This document shows positions 38,501 through 50,500 of a DNA stretch of 64,000 nucleotides, one piece after another. This DNA comes from Iphione sp. A-MEVVRFRX5 (taxonomy: Eukaryota). The translations under genes were made by a program, and so were the position numbers. Each line of letters starts with the position of its first letter. The first letter of the stretch is position 1. Below the pieces are notes generated by a model that was given only the letters and a program-made list of their open reading frames with translations, searched no databases and was not told the origin of the DNA. The DNA lies in the NCBI GenBank assembly GCA_976226885.1, contig OZ320319.1:66278001-66342000 (forward strand). The letters are read 5' to 3'.

Positions 38501-41500
38501 ATAGCTGATAAAGTGGCAGGAATGGGACATATATACATATACATGTGCTTAGAGGAATGGATGAGTACATGAATTCAGAAACATTTGGGGAATATGAAAT
38601 CAGAAATTTTGTTTCGATATTTGTTTCAATTCATACTGCGCATCTTCATTTAATTTTGACGATCTGTTCTCTTTAAAATGTTTTGCTCAGATCATAATGG
38701 CATTGTTCTTGTAGAATACTTACACATATGGTAACATTTCCATTGGAACTAAATGTATTGTTTTCTAAGCGAAACTAGTGATAAAGTGGGTCTAGTATAC
38801 ATTACTAGTAGTTATTATTTCCAAGAATATTTTGTATATTAGTATAGGTCTTACTGATTGCAAAAGGAATTTGCCAGGTGATCAGAAACAATCACTGCAA
38901 AGGTTTTTGGGGGGCATTAGGTGTAAAACAGCAATAAAATGGGAATCCAAGGACAGACGAAAAACCAACACAGGAAAAAAAGAAAAAAGACCAGGAGACA
39001 GTCATTTTCGAAAATATCGTCGGATAACACTTTTTGTTTGCAACAAAAGCTGTTAAAATGTGCAAAACAACCTTGCTTTACTTCAAAGTTACTTAAAAGT
39101 GAAGGGGGTGCGGATCAGACAGGTGTGATCCTTATCATGCTGGATAAGACATAAAAAGAGGATACAGGGGTAAAGTTTGGAAAGCCACCTAGAAAAATAT
39201 AACTACATCGCACGTTTAAGGGCGGTATTAATGAAAAACGTTGAAAACGAACAAAAATGACCATGGCTGACAGGCCTGCTCTCGAACAGTCGTCCAGACA
39301 TGGTTCAAAACCAAAAACAGGTTAAGGTGCTGGTGAGTCGGGCGTGTTATGAAGAGAGGTTGATCACTTGTGTCTCTTGAGGGATCATCTCTCTTTGCGA
39401 GCAGCCGAGACCAGAAACTCTGCCAACACATCACCGTCATTCACTGCACATCAAGGGACGGGAAGGTAAAAAGGACGCGGAGAGGACGGCTCCATGCTCC
39501 CTCCTCCTCCTCGAGTTAAGTAGAGGAGCAGTGGGTCGGCGGTGGTTACCTCGTCTGATAGTTGGCGGTGTGGCAGGCTTAATCTGGCTGTTCCTGGAGC
39601 TGGCAGCTTCTTCCTGAGTGGCTCCTACGATTGGCGCTTGGGAGGTGAGAGTATGCACTCGCTCTGCCTCTCCCAGCATGCACTCCAGCGCCACGTTCCT
39701 CCGCTCGGCGATCTCCACCGCCGTGGGCAGTTTCTTGACGAACCAAGGCGCGCAGCCGCCGCCGGAGAGGTGGCAGGCAAACTTGAACGATTGCCCCTCG
39801 AGCATCTCGACACGTGATGGTAGCTTGCGTATGAAGTACGGTTTGGTGCCGCGTCGCTTGGAGGCCGGCGACAGTGAGCCCTCCTTCGTTTCTTCGGCCA
39901 CATCTAAAATTTGCGTTGTTGTTGGCCATTAGTGCCATAGCTGCCACACTCAGCACCACGTCAGGGTCGGGGTTGCATGCTTAGGCGATCGCAGTGCATT
40001 ATGAACGAAATAAAGAGAACATGAGGGGAAAATTAAAAAAAAAGATCTGAGTATAGCTTCATTAAGGTGTGGATATTACGCTGCCGAGCAGCAATCCACC
40101 TCAAATCATTGCCGCACTCAGATTCATCTCACGGTGGCTTCCCGTGAACAGCATGCTGCACGAAGCAACTACACGGGTTAACACGAAGCCATTGCAAGAT
40201 ATCGGACCTAACTAACCTGCGTGGTTCTGCTCACTCCCACAGGGAGAGAAGGTCATCGAAACCAAGACGCAGAAACTATCAACCACAAAGCTAGCCTGCC
40301 TACAAGTGTCATGGAGTGGAGGATGAATTGTGACAAAGGATAAAAAAGTGAACCTAAATATGAACCATTCAATGGTAGCATCGTCTTTGGTCTGATTGAG
40401 GATCAGTTCCGGGTCAAGAGTCGCCCTCGCTCCGACAGTTCGCTCTGAAGGATCGCTTCGTGAGGAAGGTCATCTTAGAGGTCGCCGTGTTCACTTGGGG
40501 TCATCCAGATCACAGGTACATCGCCCCAAGAACAAAGACATGCTGTACACAAGGGAGGGTATTTGGGCAAATAAACATTTCGTATAAATGGGTGCTTTCT
40601 TAATCAAATGTCCTGCGTTTCTGTAACGGTGATATCATTCCACTTGGTCGACACCTTTTAGAGGGACTCGTTACAGTTCTTCCTCCCAGGTAAACTCCAT
40701 TGCACAACCGAACACGATTCTGCAATGGTAATGGGACCAAAAACTGCTAAAAACAGTTAACGTCAATATTTATATATTGATATAAATATATGAGAGAGAA
40801 GGAGGAATCTCCGAGCTAAGTCTGGTAGAATTGGCGCAGCTGGGTCAGCTTCAACGTGGATCTCCTCGGAAGGACTTCCACAAGGAGACACAACTCTGCC
40901 AACCTTTCGCAATCTTTACAATATTTGGTCAAAGGAACTGACAAGCCAGATCCCTCGCCAATGCAAATGAACCGACAATATTTTAACGACCAACGACAAG
41001 ATTCTTACGTGTGTTCCTGTATGAGAGGGAATTAACGCCTTACTTTGTCACTGCAGATAGAGCAGCTTCGTAAAAATCTTAGTTGTGTTTACTGCCTTAT
41101 CCGTCTGGACGGCTGCTCGAAAACAAAGTTCGCGATATTGTTTTAACACACAATCACAATCACAATGTAGATTACAAAAAACAGACAGATTTGAATCACA
41201 CCACAACAGTAAGTAACAGATGAGGAACTTCTGAAATATTTATTAAAATATTCTATTTTATTTTTCTTGAAGAAATTAGGATTTTACAAATGAAGAGATG
41301 ATGGCAAGGTTTTTCATACTACTTGGGGTCTGATACTCTTTCCAATGAAAAACTACATAGTCGCATGAAGAGGGTCCAGGTCCCATGAGTCTCTCTGATG
41401 GTAATTCTCTAAGTAACCTGATCTAATTCAGTCTCCATTTTGTAAATAAATTAAAATTGGCACAATGACTCCATACAATGCGTATATACACTGAAGTATT

Positions 41501-44500
41501 ATATGTATACTACTTACATTTGCCGATGTCGCTGAAGGACTAAACTAGAAACACAGGTTCTCCGGCATGGGTTGTCTTTTTACTATGTCCCCTTGAGGTA
41601 CCGCAGATGGTTCTTTTCTCTCTTCTTCGAAAGTATCGAAAGTAAAGAAAAGCTGCAGTGCGTGTTGATAAATAAACTCATTAGCTGCGAGCTGACTGTT
41701 AGGTCGGGTGTGTAAGTGGATGAGTTAGTATCCTAGTGACGACAGATTGAGCAGATTGGAGGAAAGTAATAAGATCTCTGCCGATACCCCAGCAGGGCCA
41801 GGTTCAGGTTGTGTAAGGCCTGACGGGCCCACGCTACGGGGCGCTAAGGAACAGACTAACCTGCCGAGCAAGAGATCAGAGACCCACAGGAAAATGTCAT
41901 AACTTCTATGTAGTCTAACAGCGGAGAGAGGAAATCAGACACCCAGTATAGGAGAAGAGCAAATCAAAACTAAATAAAACCAGTCTTCCAGTTTAAAACC
42001 AAATGGGGTGGAAATCGTTTAAATTCTGGTCAAACGGTTGGCACTGTAGTTTTTACGATGAACAAACCCAAACTCTCGAAGACGGTAATAGGTGTATGGT
42101 AATCTAGGTGGAGGCTACATTTTTTCTAGTCCAATCAGGGTTAATGTTTAGTCCTCTTGTTTCGTTTGTCGCGTCTGATTTTTTTTCCTTTTACTTCTGG
42201 TTTGTCATAGTTATTCGAGAGGGTAACACTCGGAGGATAAGGGTCAAATGAAAAGAGCTGATTAAAGTGCCACTCTAGTTTCTGTCTATACTCAGTTCAT
42301 TGTAGTCTATCAAGCGACCAGTCTCTGCAGGTCACAATATACTTTTTTTCCTTGTTTTCCATAAATTCGTTACATTTGTCTAGATCTGGGTTGACCGTTT
42401 CTCTCTTGAGGTTATTTGGGGTTAGTGTCCGTTATAGTTTGTGGTTTTGTTCTTCGATCGTGCGCGGGCGAGCAGCTCGTTAGAAGCGCGAGATGAGCGA
42501 TGTGTTGGTCGGCTCGGTCGTCGAGGTGAGCGGCTCGTCGGCGTAGGCCAAGTAGACGCGCTCGGACTGCTCGGTGACCCTCTGCAGTACATGCGACGCC
42601 TCGGCCGGGCTCACACAGGACTCCCTCAACCACGACTCGAGTTCCAGCGCCGGCGCAGACTCTGCAAACAGACAGTATACATTTGTTTGTATGCGTAAGG
42701 CTGCATGCTTTACTTCACGTCAATCCATCAGTACCCACAATCGAAACATCTACAAAAACATCCAGGCAGCTGTGATTTTGGACGACCAGCTCCAATACTA
42801 TCATTCTAAACTAGACCCGCGACCTTGTATGCTCTAAGACTGATACCACTTCCGGTCTACCGTCTCGTTGCACATATTACGCGGAGAACAGGTTATCGTC
42901 AAGCAAGCACTCACCGAAAATTCTCTTTGGAATGATTGGTTTATCGAACTCCAGCGCCAGGCTAGGTCCGTAGGCGTTCACCGCGAGGATGCGGAAGTAG
43001 TACATCTGGTTCTCCGCCAGGTCCGTAGCGCAGAAGGCGGTGATGTCGGGCGGGCAGACACCCACCTGCACCCAGTGACTGCGATCTGCCTCGCGTTTCT
43101 GCACCACGTAGCGCTCGATGGGCGAGCCGCCGTTGTCGAGCGGCGGTTGCCAGTGAATGGCCAGCATGTTGCGCGTCACGCGGATCACGCGGATGGGGCC
43201 TTCCGGCGCCGACGGGGGGCCTGTAAGGAGAACGTTCCATGAGCGTCCAGTATTCAGAGAGAAACGTCCTAAAAAAGACGCCATTATCTACTATCAATAC
43301 AAAGAAAACCATACACACCTCGTCACGACCTATCGGAAAACACTTGGTGAGCCCCGAAGTTAGGGCAGGACTTACCAAGATTGGCTTGGAAGCAGGGCAG
43401 TCTCGTATGATGCCTAAAGAGAACGGCCACCCACCAACACTTCACATACATTATCCATACCATCACCCTTCAACCCCTTTCAACCTTCAGAGTACTGTAT
43501 TTGGTTGTGATGTACCAAGATGGCACATCCGAGACCCACAAGCAACCAGAACTACAAAACATTCGCCATCACCACTCAATACATGGTATTCAACAAACCC
43601 TCAGCCGGGGTATTACCAAGAGGCAACCACACCTGACTAGCACTGACTCCACCTAACACCACCGTTCTTTACCATTCACATCAACACAACTAACCACACA
43701 GCAGTCAACAACATCCTGCAGTGGGGTTATGACTCACCGAGATGACTCTGAGGCACAACAGTCTCTCGCAGCTCATTGGCCGGGCTGGTGCCCACTTCGT
43801 TCTCGGCGAACACCCGGAACAAGTAGGGATGACCCTCGCGCAGGTTCTCCACCGTCGTGACCAGGTTGTCGCTGGAGTCAATGTCCTTCACCTTGACCCA
43901 GCCCGAGGCGTGGGCGACGTCCTTCATCTCGACGATGTAGCGAATAACGCGACTGCCGCCGTCATGCTCCGGTGATAACCAGCTGAGCGTGACGCTGTCC
44001 TCGCTGACGTCGGTCACCTCCAGCAGCGCCGGCGGCGTCGGTCTCCCTGTTGTGTGTAAGACGAGCGGAGATAACAATAATGTTCAAGACACCTATCAAC
44101 TTAGTCTTTACGGAGAGAAGAACGAGACCAGTACCGAGCACTTCAGGTATGTGCGTTGACTGCCGGACGCCATTTAAAGGAAGATGGATTTTCCAATGCA
44201 CTGCGCTGAAATTGGTGGGTATTTTTTTTCTCATAGAATTACCGGAGAGACAACGCGACTAATACAGTGGGAATATTGATACAACTAGATAAGACTTACA
44301 CATGGTCTGCTTGGGAATGATAGTGGTCGGTAGGACGGCCGGGTCGCCGACGCCATCAGGGTTCTCGGCAAGTATACGGAAGGTGTACTCGTAGCCCTGG
44401 ATGAGGTTGGTCACGCTCCACCAGGTCCGATAGGCTTCCATGCTGGCCACACTTGTCCACCGCCCGTGACGTCCTTCCCTCACCTCCAGTACATAGCCGG

Positions 44501-47500
44501 TCAGTGGCACTCCTCCAGTGTTGGATGGGCGCTGCCAGGTCAACGTTACTGAGTCTCGGGTCAGGTAGTCCACTTCAAAGTTGCGCGGTGCTGAGGGCAG
44601 ACCTTTTGGTGGTAGAACGGAACAAAGAACGGGCAGTGTAGCCATTTTACTAAACTATAAATATATTGAAGGGAAATCGCATTAAAAGATGGGAACTTAC
44701 AGAAAGGCGTGTATTTTTTTTCCTGACCGTTTTATTATAACAACCCGCTCAGATAAACCTGGCAGTGTTAAAGTCCGCTGAATTTGTATAAAAAAAGGAA
44801 ACTAAGTTTTAAAGATTAAGAATCAGTCTTTGAAACGACCTCATTGACGAAGTAGTATGCATGAGTTCGTGTTGACCAAATGTCACAAGGTATAGACTTT
44901 CATTGAAATGACTCACTCTTTGGTCTGGTGGGACTGATGGGCTCGTCCAGCTCACGCCACACGCTGACACCCTCTTCGTTCTCTGCCGCTATACGAATGA
45001 GGTAGCCCACGTCGTATTTGAGATGACTGATGGTGTGCAGCGTCGTGGCCGCCGATACGCGCGCCGCCGTCTTCCACGTGTGCGTGTGCGCCTCGCAGAA
45101 GGCGATGACGTATCCGGTGACGGGCGCGCCGCCTGTCGACGATGGTTCGGACCATTCGATGGTGATGGAGTCCTCTGTGAGACCGACCACGTATAGGCGG
45201 CTGGGTGCACTCGGGGCGGCTGTGGTAAAACAAATACAGGATGGTCTTTTACAATCAAGCCAAGCATGTACTGGTTGCCAAAGAAAAGTCACTGATGGTT
45301 GAAGGTTATGTTGGTGTATAGGGGAAAGGTGGGTAATTTGGACCAGTGGGTAAATTGGACCACCTCAATATCTCTGATTTTCAGACAAGGAAGGAATATG
45401 AGCACCATCCAATAACAAGTGATATAACTACACAATGTCTCAGAACTAAAATTTTGTGGCTTTAAAAGAACATGTGCCAAGCTGAGAAACATTATTGGTT
45501 TTATGTCTCACTGATCTAATTTTACCAATTATATTTGGCAATGTAGTTGCAAGCAGAAAGTACATAGACCCCTATTATAACTTTATATCAATACTATCTC
45601 AGCCAGAAACAATACTAACACCAGGGTTAGTCTCTTTCATCTACACAAAAATGAGTGGAAAACATTTTTCTGGGGATTGGTGTGTGGGTAAATTGGACCA
45701 CTATAGAGAGGGTATATTGGACCACTGGTCAAACTACCTGACTCAGTCTAATTTATGTACACAACCATTACCTTTTCTTTTATCAATTAAGTAGGCTTTG
45801 GAGAAACCTTGTGGTATACATATTTGGTCTCAACATGGAGCTATCACATGAAACCAATCTATTTTGAACTAAGACAGTAAATGTAGTGCAATATATAAAT
45901 TTTGATGGTAGAAGTCACAAAGTCCATTGACATTACAACTAATAGTGACCAAAACCTTTCAAAGCCATGCTGTTGTTCATGGGACTTACATTTCTAGGAC
46001 CTAGATTCATTTTACACCTGATTGAGCAGACTCTGGCATCTGGTCCAATTTACCCTCCCTGTTGCATAAACTGTACCAGTCATCAAAAATTTTCAAGTGC
46101 ATTTTACTCAAAGAATAATCTATCTAAAATTCCCTCAGTTTGTTAAAATATGCTGCAGCCCCTATTACTTCAAAATAAGCAAAATATTTGGACAACGGCT
46201 TAGACATTTTGCTTTTAGGGCATGTTTTTCTTAGGGGGTCCAAATTACCCACCCTTCCCCTACATATAGTAAAAGAAAATCCGTTTTCTGACAACCAAGC
46301 AGAGTTAGCAGTAAGGAGAGTATGGAATATTTCGCGATTCGCTCGTTCTGTTGCAAAGGAAAAGCAAGTGTTGTGACAGTGGATCTGTGGGGCGGCCAAC
46401 CACATCAGGGCAGCTGAGTTGTTAGGGTGACTATACGAGGATAATAACGTTAGTTCCTGTAAACTTATTTAAAGGTTCAACGGATGGTTAGTCTAAGTAT
46501 TTCAGAAAGAGTCCCAAGAATCATAAAAGAAAAATATCAGCAAATTCCCCTTTCGTCTACATGCAGGTGAAACAATCGCCACTCACTGTATGGGGACTTA
46601 GCCTCCACGCCTGTCCGTGTCTCCAGCGGTCCACTCCGGCCCGCCTGGTTCTCGGCGATCACACGGAACAGGTAGCGGCAACCGGGTCGCAAATGGCCAA
46701 CGATCAGCGAGTAGAGATGCGGCTTGAGGCGGTCGATGCGCGACCAGTTGCGCGCAACGCCGGCCTCGCGCCGCTCGACGATGTAACCGGTGATGGGCGC
46801 GCCGCCATCGGCCGCCGGTGGTTGCCATGCCAACATGACGGAATGGCGGTTGAGCTGGGTGACGAGCAGCGGACCCACAGGGGTGGATGGAGGCTCTGCG
46901 GAGGGGTTACAAAAACTATGGTAGAGTACACCATTCGTTATATATGAACTTATTAACATTTTGTATTTTGATCCGATTTGTTTCCCCGAAGCGGATCGGT
47001 GCATGTAACAATACTGAAAACAGCGGCCCACAATGTAAACGATGGCAAATCTATCAAATCCTCTGAACGCATGGCTGGCAATTCGGTGTCCTTTTAAGTT
47101 TCACGATCATATATCTGTAGTTTCCTTACGGCTACCCACTGGGCTTGTTGAATAGTCAACACAAAAGCAGCATATTCTCTCGGAGGACAGAATCATCTAA
47201 GGTCGTAAGTGTACTGACCTATGGTCCTCATGGCCCGCACGGCCACGTCCACCTCCAGCGGCTCGCTGTCGCCCTCGTCGTTTTGGCAGATCACCCGGAA
47301 GAGGTACTCGCGGTTCTGCAGCAGGCCGCTCACTGTGCACGTGTGGGTGAAGGCGTCGATGTGCGCCACGCGCTGCCACAGCAGGCTGTCCACCTCGCGG
47401 TAGTCCACCAGGTAGCCTCGGAGGCGGCTGCCACCGTCGCTGTGCGGCGGACTCCACTCGATGGTGACGGCGTCGGGCGCCAAGCGGTGCACCTTGAGGC

Positions 47501-50500
47501 GACCGGACGGCGGGTCGGGAGCGGCTGCAAGCAATTTCATCAATCTGAAGTAGGATATTCTCTTGTAAAGAGTTTAGAATCTAAGCAAACCGCACCTTAC
47601 TAGCAAAGCTGGAGTCCTTTTACAACCGGAATTGACAAAAGACATCTTATGAGAAATAACTCGGCTGCTGTGACAACTGTTTATCGATATATTGTATGCT
47701 CTTCTGTAAGTTAATGTAGAGTTAGCGAAATCTGGCTGCTACTTACAAATAGGTCTGCTCGGAATGAACGGCAGCTCCATGGACAGATCTTCGCTCTGCC
47801 CTTCGATGTTCTCTGCCATGACCCGGAAGTAGTACTCGATGCCCTCTGTCAGACCGGTCACGGTGTAGGTGAGGTTCTGCGGCTTGGTGCGCGCGACGCG
47901 CGACCAGCCCAACTGCGTCATCTCACGCTTCTCTATGACGTAACTAGACACGGCAGCACCTCCATCGTGAGATGGTGGCATCCATGAGAGGGTGACCGAG
48001 TTATGCGACCTGTCCGAGACACGCAGTGGTCCGCGCGGAGCACCTGGCCGCTCTGAATGTAGAACATAACCGGGCTGTTGAACATTCTATGAACATCGAA
48101 TACAAACAACAATAATTTCATTGACATAGCTTTACTGATCTGCGGGATAGCCAAGATAACTAAAAGATCAAGAGAGGTAAAATATAAGCATACCCGGTCT
48201 ACGGATATTAACTGAGACTTCCTCGCATATGCAACGAATGTCCTATGCATATTGCTGCACAATATTTGGTCGATGTATATAACGATTCCTTCGTTACAAA
48301 ATTATAATCACTCTTCAAAATCTAAACCCCCATTGTATTTCAGTCAACTAACCGTAGGGTGTCTTGGCAACGAATGGTTTCTCCATCACAGTCGGTTGCG
48401 AACTTCCGGCGGCGTTCTCAGCGATGACCCGGAAGAAGTAATTGCTTCCAAACGGAAGTCCACGTGCGGTGTAACTGGTCTCGCTCGAGTCGACCGTCGC
48501 GACTGGCTCCCATTTGGAGCGCGCCATTTCTCTCTTTTCGATGCGGAATCCAGACAAGAAGTCGTCTGCTGTTGTCGGGTACGACCAGGTGATGGTGACC
48601 GAGTCACGCGTGAAGCCGCTTACGTCAACATTATGTGGGGCTGATGGTTTAACTGGAATTCATTAAGAATGAGAATTGCTAAATGTTCCCTTAAAATAAA
48701 ACTTATTACATGTATATACAAAGTCTGCCTAAACTAACATAAATGTGAGATATATAAATACTGAACAGTTAAAATTCAAGGCCATTGAGATTTGTGAGGT
48801 CGGAAGCATGTTTGCCTCCAAAAGAGTAAAATCTTTCCTAACATCTAATCGTTCTTTGTATTTTACCTCAGATTGCACTTAAACACGAAGTCTTATTCAT
48901 TTAAAAAAAACTGAAGAGGTTGAAAAGGAACCAGGCCACCTACCAGCCATTCTGCGTGGAGTAACAGGCTCGATCGTCTCTATCCTGGGTCCTTCTCCCG
49001 CTCGGTTGACGGCAGTCACAGCGAAGTAGTGCTGCTTGCCCTCGCGCACCTTAAGCACTGAGAAGGTGGTGGAGCGAGTCGTTCCCACCTTCTCCCATAT
49101 GTCATAGTTAGCCACTCGCCGGTAGATGTTGTAATCGGTGACCGGAGTGCTGCCCTGTGAGATGGGCGCAAACCAAGTGAGCGTGACACTGTCGCGGGTC
49201 ACGCGCGTCACACGCAGCATGTTCGGCGCGGCGGGTGTAGCTGAAAAAGGGCGTGAAGTACATGTGTGTAGAAGAGTAAATCAAAGCTGATTAGCATGGA
49301 AGTTATTATGAATATATGCGATATGCAATTATCATTGTTATCAAAGGGCAGTATCGACTATGCACTTGTTCGGTATTGCATGTATTACCATAACCATGTG
49401 TATGTGAAATACGTAAGAGGTCAGCGGAAGGACGTAGGTTCCACTCACTTAGAACAGGCGGTGCAGGGATGATGTCAGAGATGAGAGGTAGCCCTTCGCC
49501 TTCCTTGTTACGAGCTGCCACCCTGACCATGTAGTCCTGGCCGTCAAGCAGGTTCTGCAGGCGGTAGCGGGTTGTCGCCGCGTCCAGCGTTGCTACGTGG
49601 CGCCACCGGGTCTGGTGCACTTCGCGCATGTCCAGGATGTAGTTGGTGATTGCTGTTCCGCCATTATCCTCCGGGGTGTTCCACTTCACCTCCATGGAGG
49701 TCGGGGTGCGTTCCAGAACCTGGAACGGACCACGCGGACGCGACGGTGGACCTTTTGGTAGAAACATAATAGCTCAGCATGAATGCCTGTCTCAGGCTTA
49801 ACACATACACATGTAGGCCAGTTTGTCTTAGCCCTTGAAAATTTCATCGCAGAAGTATTTCTCGGTTAGAAATGAAAAGAAGGACGATAACTGCAATATT
49901 CCTCGTTGATAAATGAGGAGAGGCAAGATAACAGCACATCCCCGTGAAAAGTGACCTTTCACATGTTTGTAACTGTGAAATAGTTATATTTTTCTCTGCA
50001 TTACTTGCAGCTCTTTTGTATGTATTTGTGTGCATAGACATTGCCACTATTTGCACATCGGTAAAAATCCCACTAAAAATTGTATTTGCACCACCTTGAG
50101 CTTGAGGAGCAAGAGCGAGCGAGACAAAATTCAATGAGCAACTCACGGTATGGGCTCTTGACGGTTACGGGCTGCTCCTGCTGGATGGCGTCGCCTACAC
50201 CGATCAGGTTGATGGGCCGTATGCGGAAGAAGTAGTCGTGGCCTGAGACCAGCCCGGGCACCGTGTACTCCTGCACCTGAGGCTCCACCTTGTGGACGTA
50301 AGTCCATCGCTTCTTGCGGGCGTCGCGCTTCTCGATCAGGTAACCCGTGATGCCAGAACCGCCGTCGTATTCGGGAGGCTCCCACTCCAGCGTGACTGAC
50401 TCACGCTGTATGTCCCGCAGGCTGAGGCGGGACGGGGGTGCGGGTGTCACTGTAAATACATACATGTACATGTACATTTGGAGATTTGGATACCCATTTT

